DNA of 64,000 nucleotides from the human T2T-CHM13v2.0 reference genome, Homo sapiens. The position numbers were made by a program, and so were the translations under genes. The stretch lies in the NCBI RefSeq assembly GCF_009914755.1, contig NC_060936.1; one strand, 5' to 3'. The notes beneath the pieces are model-generated. The model saw only the letters and a list, made by a program, of their open reading frames with translations, was not told where the DNA came from and made no database searches. Below, piece by piece: positions 12,461 through 27,606 of this stretch. Within the stretch, counting starts at the first letter, position 1. Each line of letters opens with the position of its first letter.

Positions 12461-14461
12461 CTCTATGAAACAAAAAATGAGAAAGTAAACACACAGATAT
12501 CCAGAAGCATAAAACAAAATGACAGAAGTAGGGTTGAACGTTTAACTATGCTAAAATATGTAAGTGGGTTAAACACTCTTATTATTAAAAGTATAAGACT
12601 TACAGATGTTGGTTAAAACAGAAAATGTATCCATATTCTGTACAGGAGACACTAAAACAAAGTGTTGCAAAAAGGCTAAAAGTTTAATTAATTAATTAGG
12701 AAACAGTATCAGAATAGATTTACAATATAAAGCAGCTGGTGCTATAAAATACAAAATTTAATTAATTTACCTCTGGAAATTTAGAAATAAAAAAGAGCAA
12801 AAATTAATAAGGAAACATAATAGCATAAGAGAATGAATGCTATTCATAGTGGTATGCTAAGAAATTTGAAAATCTTAATTGTAACTTTCTAGAAAAATAT
12901 AAATTTCAACTTTAGATAATTTTTTTCAAAATACAGAAGAACATTAAAGTTAAAAATTTATTTAATAAAATTAGCATTATCTTGACAAAGATGTCACCAA
13001 AAAAGTCTTAGAATAATCTTATATATGTACACAGATGAAAAAAGAAAAATGAAATAAAATTGAATCCATTGGATTCACAGTTAGGTAAGACACAGCCAAT
13101 GAATTCAAGGACTATTCAATGCTGGGAAATTTAATACTATAATATATCACATTGGTAAGTCAACTAAAAAATGCAGCATGCAATAAAACTCAATATCCAT
13201 TTTAAATACAACTCTTAAAATACTAGGAATAGAATGACAGCTAATATGATAAAGAATGTATCTCAAACTAACAGCAAACATTTAGTGATGATGTCCTGGA
13301 AGCATTTCCTTTAAAATCAAGAACAAGAAAGGAACGTGCACTAGAACCATTGCCAGTCAGCGTTGTGAAAGGTCGAGGGGCTACAACAAAGCAGGACGTG
13401 GAAAGGAAGAGAGAAAATTATCAATATTTGCAAATGGTGTGATTATAGTCCTAGAAAATCTAACTGAAAATAGTTAGCATTAATAAAAGGGCCCCAGAAA
13501 CGTGACTGGATATGACATAAATAGTTTAATAATCAGTAGTTTTTATGTACCAAAAATGACCATCTGGAAAATAAAATGGAAAAGAATTCCTATTTACAAC
13601 AATTACAAAACTTTTAAAATGTGCTTAGGGAAAATATTCTAAACACATGGGACTGTATGACAAAATTAAATTTAACTAAAAGATATAGAAGAACAGTTAG
13701 AATAAATGAAAGCATGTCGTATTTCTATAGGAAAGATTGAATATCTGAAGATGCCAAATCTTTCCAAATTAATTCATGAGTTTAAGAAGAACCCTAATCA
13801 ACAGCCCAGGGTGTATTTTCTTTGTTTATATTTTGGTTTGGGCATTGTTTGTTGTTTTGGTGGGGAGTGGAAAGGAGAGTGCTTAGAAAAATAATTCTAG
13901 AATTTATCTGGAAAAATAACCAGACCAAATTTACCAAGAAAGATATGTCATGAGCACAGTGAGGAAAGGATAAGAGACGGCATTCCTACAGATGAACAGA
14001 ATGGTGCGGGTAAAGGAATCCACGGACAGAGCTGTGTGAAACAAACAACCAGGAAACAGCCTCTAGTAATGATATTTGTTGGGGCATAAAATAAAATTTT
14101 TAAAAATAAATGTGTCCAAAATAACCTTGTATTCAACAGCACCATTTTAAAAGTAGAAGGCCAGAGCCATAAAATAATGCATCAGTCAAAGGCAGAAGAA
14201 AATTTGCATCCTCCTATGTGTCTCCAAAGTAGCATATACTGTGTACTAGAAAACAAAATCTGTTTTCCCTTACAAAACCAGTTTAAAATTCCCCTCAATT
14301 TATGTATGGTAAAAATAACTTTAAGGTGCTTCTCTAAAAAATGAAACTAATATGCAGTGCATCTGTGGCTCATGAGAACCTACTATATGGTAAAGGAAGC
14401 AAAGAAGTTTTAAGGAAGGTGGGCGAGGGCAGGGACTGGATTGGTAAGTATTTGGAAATAA

Positions 14462-14832
<371 letters not shown>

Positions 14833-15744
14833 TAAATGAAAGAAAATAAACCATAAGACTTGGGGGAAAAAGACTATTTAACTGCCTCCAGAATTATGGA
14901 AGACTTTATAAACATGAAAGTAATGGAGGAAGGCACAAAAGAAAAGACTGAGATTCAACTCATAAAAATAGAAAACTTTTACCCACAGAAAAATTACAGA
15001 AAATTTTGGAAGGCAAACACACACTGGGAAAATGTTTATTAAAGTGGTAGACACGGGGTCAATATTGCTGCTGTATAAGGAGATCTTAGAAATCAATTAA
15101 AGAAACACATCCCCATTAGAAAATTTGGCAAAGGACGTGAACAGATTTATTCACAAAATATAAACTACAAACTGGTAAATACATTTTGATTTTTAAAATC
15201 AGCCTCACTAGTAAAATAGAAACATAAATTAAAAGAAGATGCTATTTTTCACTTAATAAAGTAACACAGATTAAAAAAATACATTAGCAATAGGTGTGGT
15301 AAAATGGGCTCTCATATACTATGATAGAAATAGAAAAAAGTTATAACCTTTCTGGAAACAATTTAGCAATGCATATCAAGGTCTTTGAAATGTTCATACC
15401 CTATTACCACTAATTTTCCATCTAGGAATTTGGGCTGAAAAATAATTAGACAAAGTTTTATATTTACGTATAATGATGTTCATTTCAGCTCATGTATAAC
15501 AGCAAGAAAAGAGGAGAGAACCTAACATCAAAGGGGAATGTTTAAATGTGTTATAACTCATATGATGAGCTAATAAAACTTATGTTTTTGAAGCCAACAA
15601 GTTGAAATGCTCATTTCACATTAATAGCAGGATATAAAATATATGGACAGCATATGAATTTGAATAAAGTTTAAAAGGAAAATAAATATGCATAGTATCA
15701 CATTTTTGTACAGTATAAAAATAAATTCAATAGTATCTTAATAA

Positions 15745-16330
15745 AAATTCTGGGCCAAAACTAATGAGATAAATTTAGTATTAGAAATGCTAAGTTATGG
15801 GCTCAGCCTCAAAAAATAGGAATGAAAGAGGACTAACTTAACTATTGCATTTATGAAAAGGATCGGGGGGATTTCACTGCCCCAGGCTTGGTGTTGTGAT
15901 TGTAGTCGAAGCTGACCTGGGTTGCCTTGGTGGCAGTCTGCGGTGTCCAGGTGGGGAGGGGGCAGTCCCTATGCTCTGTACAGTCAGGCTCGTCTGCTCT
16001 CCAAGTTTAAAGAGAAGCAAGGTGTGTCCTCCTCTCATGTTGGTCACATTCAGTGAGGGACCCCAGGGGAACCATCTGGAAACTGTTACATAAGGAACTG
16101 CAGAAGGATCTAGGGATGTTTTACCTGGAAACAAGGATATTTAGGGGCAATGGAATAGCTGATTTCACATACATAAAGGGCTACATGAGGCTGAAAAATC
16201 AGACTAATTCTGAGTAGCTTCAGGAAGCAGAACTAGATTTTGGGTAGGAGTGAAAGGGAGAGGCAGGTTTTAGAGCCATGTAAGGTGTAGTCAGGTGTTC
16301 ATCTTGCAAAATGGTGAGCTCACCAGGACA
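15745..16330 (+). mobile_element. L3/CR1 LINE (3' piece, continuation of 10190-10725)
   Basis: agtccctatgctctgtac...tctggaaactgttacataaggaactgcagaaggatctagggatgttttacctgga matches the CR1/L3 3' ORF2 region. Confidence 0.7.
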
Positions 16331-16494
16331 CAAAGCATCCTTGAGGAGTGAAGATGAGAGGCTTCATCGGGCAGAAGTTGGAATAGAAGGCATCAAAAGA
16401 CCCAGCCGTAGGATTTCTGCAGTCCCATCATTGACTGACTGGAGGCCCAGGTGGGCAGAAAGAAGGCGTTGAAGGGGCATAGACTCCTTTGGCC

Positions 16495-16688
16495 ATTGGT
16501 TTTCAACCTTTGCTTTACAACACAAGCACCTGAGGAGCTTGTTAAAACAGTGCTGGACCCCACCTCCATAGTTTCTGATTCCGCAGGTCTCAGGTGAGGA
16601 CCTGAGAATTTGCATTTCTGACAAGCTCTCAAGTGATGTTGCTGCTGCTACCACTGGTGCTCCAGGAATCACACTTTGAGAACCATCT
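16495..16688. mobile_element. MER5A
   Basis: tggttttcaacc...cacctgaggagcttgttaaaacag...gagaatttgcatttctgacaagctctcaagtgatg...cacactttgagaacca. Confidence 0.9.
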
Positions 16689-17461
16689 CCTTAGGTCAAG
16701 AGCAAGAAATAAGGAGATATTCTTAAGCCCGATGGTACAGAGACCTAGAAAAAAAATATGGCACACAGGAAGCAAGCACATACTAAATGACATATGGCTT
16801 TTTTTTTTTTTTTTTTTTTTAATCTCGGACTCTTGGACAATAGTGTTGAAACTTGTGGAATTAAATCACAGACTGGAGGCCGTTCTTTCCAGATCCACAT
16901 TTCTACCTGGATGATGGGCTCTGTCACCAGGCCAAAGAAATTGATGTTGAGTATTAAAAGCCTCTAAGGGGAGCGGATGCTGCAATTTTCTTCCTTCCCC
17001 TCTTAGATGTTCCTAGATGGTGGGGAAGTTCATTGTCACTTAGAAATTCATGAAGGAAATAGAATATTGCTCATGGACTTCAGAATGGCCCATAATTAGC
17101 TCTTTTGGGTTTTGTTTTGTTGGTTGGTTGTTTATCATTTGTTGTTTTACTGGACCTTGGAAGGAGTCTTCCTCAGTGAAACCCCTCGTTATAAGAACAG
17201 ATAGTATATGATGTAGACAACCACAGATGGGACCCCCAAGTTTGATGATGTCCTCAGTGTCCTGCAGTTATTCCAACAAAGATGCACAATTCCCGTCGTC
17301 ATCTCCATTCAAAGTAAGGCTCATTTATTTGAGCTTTCAGCTGATTGGTTTAGGAAGAGAACTGTGTACAGCCTCCCCCACATCTCCCCACCCCTTGCTG
17401 CTCTCTTCCTGAGCTCACTATGTCAGTGTGAGCAGACTGTGCGCCTAACACACCGGAGTCT

Positions 17462-17502
17462 GTTGCCATGACGCTGGGGAGAAATCTGGTTCCTATAGCA
17501 AC
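17462..17502. promoter_or_regulatory. Candidate paired RFX X-box sites
   Basis: GTTGCCATGACGC (17462-17474) and GTTCCTATAGCAAC (17489-17502) versus X-box GTTRCC(N0-3)RGYAAC, in apparently unique sequence. Confidence 0.5.
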
Positions 17503-18312
17503 ATCAGGTTGACTCGTTGCACCTTATGACACAGGCAGATCTCCAGCAGGGGCTTCTTTGATCTCCAGTTAATCCAGGAGAGATGGACACATGTAGTACT
17601 GGAAAATATTACATTTTCCCACAACCCACCTAATCCTGCCTGCCTGCCTTTCATCCTCCACATTACCAAAATAATAATAATAAATAAATCCGCATTCCCT
17701 TTTTTTTTTTGGCAACCTGAAAAAATAAAGCAATGGATCACTTTAATGTTCTCAGCAGATTAAAACATAGTTTGAGGGTCAATCCCTATCGCCTCCCTTT
17801 CCAAGGCCCATCCATCCGTTAGCCTGCCCCCTGGCATGTTCCTTGAGGCCTGTCCATCTGGCCTGGCTGGCTGGTGAGAAGTCCTGTCAGCCTCAGGGGT
17901 CCGGGGACATGCCAGTAGTGCAATGGCAGCTCCCTGGGCAGGCCTAAGAGGCCAGGGGCTCGTTAGCAATGGTAGCAGATGGATGCGGGGGCAGCCCCAG
18001 GAGAGGCCAGCAAGTCCGGTGCCGAGAAGCTCCTTGACTCACCATCCAAAGGAATGCACGGTGTTGGCTTCTGTATGTCACAAAGTGGGCAGCCAGCCTG
18101 GGGCACTCGGCACATTCCTGGTCTGGTCTGTGGCGGGAGAAGTGACAAGGAACTGGATCGTTACTGACAGGAAAGCATCTCGTTGTTCTTTAAAGAGACT
18201 TTCAGCGAAGGAGGATCCATGATTTTCCCCAACCCTTCATTTGAGTGCCTTTCAGCCTTCCTTGGGGAAAACATCCATATGTTTTCTACTTATATTACTT
18301 ACTTGTCACCCC

Positions 18313-18790
18313 TCATTCATTCAGCAAATGCTCACTGAGCTTCTCCATGTGGCAGGCTCCGTTCTAGACCCTGAGCACTGAATAACACGAACGGGGTTTC
18401 TCCTCTCCTGGCACCTACATTCTCATGGGGGAGACAGATAATAAGTAAAGAAAATGTCAGGAACATGAATATACAATGGGGAGTTTTGGGGGAGGCTGCA
18501 AAGTGAGTGGTCGGCAGAGGTCTCCTGAGGTGACACTGAGGCCCGACTGCCCTGAGGAGCCTGCCCTGGGACAAGCTAGAGAGAGGGTGTCCCAGGCAGC
18601 ATGCAGAGGCCAGCATGGAGCGCTCTGAACTGGGCAGAGCAATGGGGCAGGAGTTTGGCGTGGATTCAGGGGCCGCAGCTGTAGGGCTTGTGAGCCAGGG
18701 GAGAGATTGGATTTTAAGTGATAGATATGGGAACCATTGAAAGTATTTCAGAAGGGAAACAACAGAATTATATTCGTATTTATGAGTTTG
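18313..18790 (-). mobile_element. L2 LINE 3' end
   Basis: Begins tcattcattcagcaaatgctcactgagc (reverse L2 tail); continues ...ggagacagataataa...gggaaccattgaaag. Confidence 0.8.
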
Positions 18791-19064
18791 CTCCAGCTGC
18801 CTTAACAAACCCTCTTCAAGCCCATTTTCCTTTTGCCTTTCCATTAGTGGCGATTAAAAAAAGATATTTGCCACCCTTCTTAGGCTTGAAGGTGATCTGC
18901 AAGTCAAACCTCATGCTTTTCTCCAGTATCAGTAAGCTCAGTCCCATTTTTCCTCTCTTGTGCATGACGAACTTTGTTATGCCAGCCTTCAAGGGATATT
19001 CCGAATTCCTTTTTCTTAGAATTCTAGAGCCAGCGGGGGCCTTACAGATCACTGGGTCCAGTCC

Positions 19065-19170
19065 TTATTTTACAGATGAGGAAACTTGGTTGCCACAGTG
19101 GTCAAGGGACCTGGCCCACATCACAACTCCGCTAGCCAGGGCTGGGCCTCTGGTGCTAGAACCCAGCACC
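19065..19170 (-). mobile_element. MIR SINE
   Basis: ttttacagatgaggaaacttgg...agggacctggcccacatcaca...agaacccag. Confidence 0.7.
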
Positions 19171-22100
19171 CTCTTCCGCCCCACAACTAGTAGACAGTAG
19201 ACTAGTAGTCTTCCCACGTGCACGTTTACTTACCAGTGCTCATTATTTCTTCTCTTCCTTTTCTGATTCATCTCTCTGCCTTCCTCTGGTCCTGTCATTC
19301 TTCCCTGGTATGCTGGAATTTTTTAGTAATGGACTGTTGATTGCAGTATGTGGGAAATTTGGCCATAAGTTTTGGTTCTATGTGGTTTTTTATTGTGGTG
19401 GCAATTGTTTTTGCCATTTTCTGCTTTGGTGTTATTTGTGGCTCCCATTGGGGCCTCCCTAAGCCCTGCTTATTTTCCCATGACTGGGGACTGGGTGTTA
19501 TTGTTCGTAACTCAATATTCCAGCCATGGCATTCAAGGCCACCAACCCTCTGCCTGTCTCAATAGCATATCACAGCCCACGCCACATTGGCCTTCCGTGG
19601 GCCAGGCCTCAGGGTGGGAACTCAGCCAGGGTGGTTTTCCTACTCTGAGGCATTGGTAGAGCGGTCAGGGCTCCCTGCTGGCTTACACCCACATAGCAGC
19701 TCCTAACTCCACAGTTTGTCTTCCCCTCTTCTGTCCACTCCAGCTCAGGGCCCCTTAGCCATTCACTCAGCAGACAAAGAATACTAATAGTAGGTGATAA
19801 CCACTGCTGCAGGGATGACACATTAGCATTAGGTGACAAATAAACCATCTCCAGTCAACATTATCCCTGCTGCATCCAACCAGCACAGCCGGGAAAGCAA
19901 ACAATGAGGCAGAAGCGCGTTTCCTCACTCTGAAAGGCATGCATGCACTGGAAGTTGGGTTCATTGGAGAGCAGGGTGGCTTCACATCGGGATCTGTGGC
20001 AGGACAGCCTCAGAGCTTGGCAGTGTTGTCTGGGAACTGGGCAATATCAATAATAAGGTGCTTCCAGTGACAGTCTACGTCTTCATCTTTACAAAAGCTT
20101 TCAGAGATAAGATTATTGCTCCAGTTTTCAGATGGGGAACAAAATGAGACAGGATTAGTGATTCTTTCAAGGTCAGCAGGCTGGGGAAAGTCAGGGTTGG
20201 AACATGAACCCAGTGCAGGGCGCACTTCTCACACACTGCCCTTCTCTCTGGGCAGCAGATGTGCATGTGCTGAGCGGCTGCCAAGGAGACAGGATGGTTG
20301 AGACTCTGCAGAAGAAGGGCTGGCATCTTCCCTGTGCTGCCTCAGTGGGACAGGTTGGGCTGAGATCTGCAAGGTACAAGCAGGGCTTGCTTGGGGTTCT
20401 GATGAGAATGATGCCCAGTGAATGATGCCCGGTGTCGTGGCTCAGCAGAACAGGCCTGGCATGAGGCTCAGGAGATGCGTTTCCTGGGTCTGGCCCACCT
20501 TCGGCTCCTGTGGCACTGGGAGTACTCTTAAGTCTTAGCTCTCTGAACACCAAGTGAAGGAGTTAGCCTGGAGGTCCCCAACGTTACACTCACTGATACC
20601 ATTCTATGATTTACAAAGCTCTTCCTTGATGATCAGATGTTTCTTTTCCGAGGTATTTCAACTTCCCATTTATAGTTAGTATTGAAGTGCCACCTGTGGG
20701 TTTTCCAGGCCGCTGTCTCTTTTCTTTATACATCATACCCTAAGGATGCTTATTATTGCTGCTGTTGTTAAATCAAGTCCTTGTCTTAGTATATGTATCT
20801 TAACATATTGAGTTAGAGACAGTGCCTAACTTGACAATTCTGACAGTGTTGATATAATCCATGGAGAGTCTTTAGCCCACTGGTTCTGCCCAGAGCTCAC
20901 TGGTAACTCAGGCTCTCTGCATGGCAAAGTGGAAGACGTTGACCACACCACTTGATTGGGAGCTGTCTTCCTTCCCTGGGATGAAACCAGTCAGGACCTT
21001 CTCACATGGGAGGAGTATCAAAGACTAAACCAACCTAGAAACAGTCCAAGAAGAACCAAACAACGAAGCAAGCAAATCAAAACAGGGGAAGAGGACAAGC
21101 AGGGCCCCAGGCAGTTTGGCTGGTGCCCAGCACAGGGCCTGGCACTAACAAGTGTTTGAGAAACATTGAGTGAAATGACATGGTTGCTCAGTAGAAGGAG
21201 CAGCCATGCTCAAGGCCAGAGTCGCCCCTTCAGTCTCAGCCATTGCTTGGGGAAGTGGTCTGTTTTTGCCATTAGAGAACACACTGCCATGGAGGACACT
21301 CTAGATCAGAAGTCCAGGTCGGAGTCATGGCTTTGTGACCTCCTGTGTGGCTTTGGGCAAGCCACTAAACTCTGAGCCTCTGTATGTGAGGACAAGCGCC
21401 CATTCTTCTTCTTATTGCAGAGTCCTCATAAACTACAACTGGATGATGCCCCCTGAGTACCTGTGCTTGAGGAGGGGGGCAAATAGCACCGAGATGGTGT
21501 CTTACCCACCTTTGTATCCCCAGCATGTGGCACAGAGCCCTCACTCATTAGGTTCTCAGCAAAGATGAGTGGGTGTTCGGATGGATGCACAGCTTAGGCG
21601 GACAGGTGGACGAATAAATGTGCAAGGAAGGTTCTGGGAGCTGCTGGCGGCAAACTTTGCTTGCTTCCCAAGGATTGTCCTACCTTTCTGTAATAGGCTA
21701 GGGGGCTGTGAGCTGCAGTATATTTCTGCTCACAGGAGCCCTTTCCCTTGGGGAGCTATGTGGAGGGCAAGACCACCCCAAGAACCCCAACATGAAACCT
21801 TAACTGGGATTCTGCTGCTCTAGGCTAAGCAATCCTACATTCTTGACTAGAAGAGTGTGTCTTAGGCATACATTGCTGCACAGAAAACCCCCCACCTCCT
21901 CCCTGCTTCACAGAGATGGGGTGAAAGATGGTGGTGCCCTAAGAATGCAGAACCCCTGCGCCACACAAAGCATGCTCGCTACGCCCACTAGCTGGCCAGG
22001 AATGGTAGGAATCGCAGGGACCATGATCAGGCCTTTTCTGCTGGGGCCACCTGCTGCTGCTGTTGTCACGTTCTGTGCTCTGCCGCCATCCTCTGCGGGG

Positions 22101-22754
22101 GTGGAGCCAGCATCTTGGCAGCCCCAGGGTAATAATTAGGGGAGGGGCAGCTCCCCAGCTGGCGTGGTATTTGAGGAGGGGCCTGGAGGAGAAGGAAGGG
22201 CTGGGACACGGCCAACAAAAGGAGAAATTAAATGGGCTGTCCTGGGAGCCCATAGTTAGCATTTAAACACCAGCATGAGCTGTGGGTTTCACTGAGCAGG
22301 GCTGTGTGTGGCCTCAATGCCCTCCTCTCCCGGCCCCCGTTCTGTTTGTGAGCACAAGCTGGGAGGACTCTCAGCAGAGCCCTAAGAGGTGATGTTGTCA
22401 TGCCGAAGCCCAGGATTCAGGGGCTTTCATGCAGTGCAAGGACAAACATGGCGAACACCACATGCACCCAGCTGCAACAGCGCTGCACCCCTGACCTACT
22501 CACAGCCCTCAAGGAACTCACCGACCAGCCTAGCCTTACAGCGGCTATCACAGGTGTGCTGGGCCCCTGACGTCGAGGGATTTAGGGTTTTGTTTTATTT
22601 GCTGTCAGCATGGTTCGCGTTGCAATTTCGATTGTGGGAAGACAGCCAGGAAATACTAAAGAAACACCCCATACCTCCTTCACCACAGCCACAGGTACTG
22701 AGCATTGAGCACACGTTATATGTTCTTTATCTCCTCCAGTCTGCACTGCTCACT

Positions 22755-22890
22755 TAAAAGGTGGGGCGTATTATCCCCGTTTCACAGCTGAGTAAAGTGA
22801 GGTTCACAAGAATGTTGTGGCTGGCCCAAGTTCACACAGCTAATGAGGAGGGGAAAGGATGCCAAGTGAGTCCGCCTGGCTCCTGGAGCT
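22755..22890 (-). mobile_element. MIR SINE
   Basis: tattatccccgtttcacagctgagtaaagtgaggttcaca...ggcccaagttcacacagctaatga. Confidence 0.7.
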
Positions 22891-23855
22891 CCTTCTGCTT
22901 CTCCATGATTTCTGAAGAACACACGAGGCCTCCCTGTGTCCTGTGGGAGAATTCACTGTCTCTACTACGTGGGAAAATGTGAAAGAAGGTAGGCCTGAGT
23001 GCTCCCGTAAGCTTTGGGGAATGAGAGCTGAGTGAATTGGCCTTACTAAGTGATCTGGCAGTAATCTGGTGGTCTTGAGCCTAGAAGAGGGTTGGGGTGA
23101 GTGTGAAGAGTATGATCCCCCGCAGAGCCGAGTCATGACTTCTCTTCTGCCAGGAGCTCACTGGACTCCCATACCCTTCTTTGGACTTTAGTTTCTTCCA
23201 GTAATAATGATTATAAAGTCTAGAAATAATACGATTAACAACCACAACTGAGTAAATACTTGGGAATTAGTGAAGTGCTAGGTCTTGTGAGCAGATTCTA
23301 GAGGTAGAAACAGCCCCAGAAACACAAGCTAGAAAAAGAGGAACAGCTTCCAGGAGAGTTCCAGGCATCCTAAGGGAAGCACGGGCCTCTGCATGTGGAT
23401 GGGTTCGAATGCCAGATTCCAGCACCCCTCTATGGCCTCTGCAATCTGCAGTCTTTTAAAACTGTTTTTACATTAGAACATCACAGGGTTGGACTGTGCC
23501 GCCACAAAAGCGCCTGTCTTCATTACCCATGATTCCTCAAATCATCAAACGTAAGCACATAGATGCCAACCAGTGTCTACGGGGTGTACCAAGCACAGGC
23601 CCATGGGAGCCATCTACCCTGTGCGGGCAAGAGGGGAGCAGTTGTCTATGGGAAATTTAAAAACAATCATAAAATTCACAGAAAGATGGTCTACTTTGTA
23701 TTGTCATCATGGCCTGGCCATTCTAAATAAGGTCGGGGATAAAATACTCCCCGTGGGGGAAGAGTGTTCCCTCACCACTTCACAGGCTACTAAATCTTCA
23801 TTGCTCTCGGCCATTGCTTGGTTGTCCTTGTTCTTTTTGTTTGTTTATTTGGGTC

Positions 23856-23947
23856 CTTCCTTCCTTCCTTCCTTCCTTCCTTCCTTCCTTCCTTCCTCTC
23901 TCTCTTTCCTTCTTTTTTTCTTTCCTTTTCTTTTCTTTCCTTTCTTT
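23856..23947 (+). repeat. (CCTT)n / pyrimidine-rich simple repeat
   Basis: About ten (ccttt/cctt) units followed by a CT/T-rich degenerate tract. Confidence 0.95.
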
Positions 23948-24817
23948 GCCAATAGGCCACCGTAGTCAGTTTCATGTGTCTTCCTGGTCAATCCCATGTT
24001 TACTGCACAAATTTAGGTTTCTTTTTTGTGGTCGCATTTAGGAAACTACCTAGAGAATAGTGAGAAACCACAGGAGGGAAGGAGAACAGCGAGAAAAATA
24101 CTGTTTTCTTTTTGTTGTTTACTCATAAATGTCACAGAAATATTTCAGTTCCTTTTTGGTTTTGATAAGTGCTTTTTTAAACCAAGTCCTAAATCAAGGG
24201 CCTCTCTTGGCAATGTCCCTTTGACAGAACCGAGGGAGGGTGGCAGGGCAGGGAGGCACAAGCTGCAGAGGCACTTGTACTGTACAATTTTCTGGGTCCT
24301 GACTGATAAATTATTGTGCATCTTGTGCGTGCTCTGACATGCAGTACAATTTGTCCATGTAACGGTGATGATAGGCTGTCCCGGGCTAATAATCATGAAC
24401 CCTTTATTTAGCTCCTTCAGCCTTTTAGAGAAATCTTAAGTAACCGTTCATATCCCTTTATCGGTTTTCTCTTCCACATTTTAGCATAAGTGGAAAAAGC
24501 TTTTAACCCTGAGAATTTTACTCACCCTGGGGCTGGGGACAAGGAAGAAGGCACGTTGTTAAAAGTGTACAGGAATTGGAGGATCTTGACGCTCCCGATA
24601 GAACAGCTTTTTCTTGGTCTGCCTCCTAGGAGTGTGAGGCTGTCTGGGTGGTAGAGATTGTCCAGTCCATCTCTCATTTTACTGGTGAGGAAGGGATGCA
24701 AGCCCTGAGACGTAAGTAACTGGCCCATGGTCACATGGCACAGTCATCTGGAAGTGACATTGAGCTTCCTTCACCCATTACAGAGAGCCTGCCATGATGC
24801 GGGACATAATAATATAA

Positions 24818-25192
<375 letters not shown>

Positions 25193-27117
25193 TCAGCTTA
25201 AGCACGTGTTCAACACTCTGCCCAAGTGGCTGGGTGTCCCTTGTATCCTTTTCTGTGTCCAAGTTATTGATGGTAGATTGTGTTCTCTGGAAGACAGATG
25301 TCGTCCTGGTGTGAATTGTTTCCTGTAGCATCTGTGTAGTCTAACCCTAACTTGCATGGTGCTTGCATGGCTATTTTTGGACTTGGCTTTGCAAGCTTTA
25401 ACACGTGACGCTGCCTGTTTCTTTACAGGCACAATCTTGCAATTGAGGTGACTAAAAAGCAGTACCTGGACAATGGTATTAGGATTCAAATATAGCTTCT
25501 AAAAGATTGGAACGATAGCAAGAGGGCATGCAGGCATTCCATCTGTGTGTTTAGGTGGTAGCAAGGAGCATTCAGTTGCTCTCTGTCTGCAGCTGATGTT
25601 TTTCACCCCTCTGGGAGCCCGGTACTGACCTCTTCTGATAAACTGGGCTCTTAATAGGTTGGTTAGATTCCCAGTGTTCCCCCATCCCTCTTTCATCACA
25701 TACACAAGGGGTTTGTCCAAGTGAGTATCACAAAGGTTGTTCTTGGCTTAAGGCTGGCACGAAAGGGCTCTGCCAGTGAGCAATGTTAGAATTAAAGACA
25801 CAATAATACTAATTAACTTCCCCATGCCTGTGATCTCTGCATTTATTATTTGTGTAGAGATAAAGCCTTAAATAACATGACTGGCCTCTTTGGGGGCCCT
25901 GCTTGGGAGTGGGTGGGGGGCAATGTCCTCATTACAGCACGTAAGATGGATGGTGTCCTAAGGCAGAGGCACATCACCAAGGATCACCTACGGAAGGTGC
26001 AACCTCCTTCCCAGCTGGCCCGTGTGCTTTTTCCCAGCAGCACGTGGGATGGGGAGGGGGACTGAGGTGTGTGAAAGAAGAGAAGCAATTTCCAGGGATG
26101 TGGCCCTTTGCAAGGTCTCCACGTCCATGGCCATCTGCCTTCCAGGACCTGCTGTGAACTGTGCAGCAGACACACTCAAGCTGGCTGCCTGTGGTTGTGG
26201 GAAGTCCCTCACTCCTCTGTCCTCAGTTTTGTCATCTCTGAATGGAGGAAGGGAGGTTAGATCAGGCTTCCAAGAGTCCTTGAAGTTCCTGAAATTATAT
26301 ATAAAATGTGAATGTGTGTCAGGCATTTGTCAGGAGCTAAAAGGCCATTGCCTGTGATTCTCAGAGGTCCCTGAACCAAAGGCTAAGGGCCACCAAGTGA
26401 GATGCTCCCCAAGGATCCATCTTCCTCTTCCCGATTATGATTTTAGAACTTCCAAACCTAACGTGTGTTGTCAGCTCAGACAAACTCAGCATTCAGGTTG
26501 TAGAGACAGATGATGGATACTCGGTCAGAAATGCCCTATAAATTAGCTGCTTTAAAAGTATTGACCAAGTAGCCTTCCAGGAAAGTTCCCCAGATATGGT
26601 GGTTCTGGTGTTCCCACCTCATCTGCAACAGCCCTGGGAAGCCTGGCTCCTTGCCTCCAGGTTTTCCTCGATGTAAGGCCCTCCACCCCAGGACACTGTA
26701 GCAATCCTGGGGCTAACCCTGAAGACCATTTCCACTATTGGGCAGCCTTGGTGGTTTCCTTGTCGTAGAGAACTAACCCAGTTTCCCCAGACTGGCTACC
26801 TTCTCATCATCTCACCATCTCTAGCTTTCACTCAGATAGAATGATCTCAGAGCAATCGGCAGCATTTCTCATTTGGAATTTTACTAACAAATTAATAATA
26901 ATGACTTTGACTATGGGGATGCTTAAGAAAATCTCCCAGTCCTTGGAGGTATCCTGGGAGAAGATAGAAACAACTCTGAGAATCAGAACATCTGGGAGGA
27001 TTCTGCAGATGGATCCCAGGGACAGCCCAACAATCAGAGGGCCCTCCTTCAAAGCAAGTGCTGCCTCCAGCCTGGGGCAGACCCATCCCTCTCTGTGTCA
27101 TTTGTTTTCCCAAACAT

Positions 27118-27606
27118 TCCCTTCTTAAACTGGGGTTCATGAAGTCTATAGATGGAATTCCAGAGGGTTTATGAACTTGGAGAATAACTGGATCTTTATT
27201 ATCACAGGCTTCTAGCCGAAATTTCTCACGGTATTCCTTCGCAAGTATAGACAACACACCACAATAGCATTAGCAGTTTCTGTTACTTTGTCCACCATTA
27301 GAAACCATGGATATTTTCTTATCACGTTAAGATGGTTGCAAATATCTCAAAAATATTGTTTGCTTTCAATACTACTTCAAAATTCTGGTAATCCACTAGA
27401 TTTTGTTATTTAACATATTATCAAAGAAGCATGCATATTTGTGTATTACAAAATTGTCTTTAAATATTTTTGATATCTATATTTCAACATAACTGGCTTT
27501 ATTTGCAATCCTTTATTTCCATTTAAGAACATTATTCTGAGAAGGACCTACAGCCATCATGAGAACCACCAAAGGCAGCCACAGCACAAGAAGCTTACAG
27601 ACTTCT
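27118..27606 (+). mobile_element. Charlie4a-like hAT DNA transposon
   Basis: ttcttaaactggggttcatg...tgaacttgga...tagcagtttctgttactttgtccaccattagaaaccatggatattttc...aacattattctgagaagg...ccaaaggcagccacagcaca. Confidence 0.8.
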
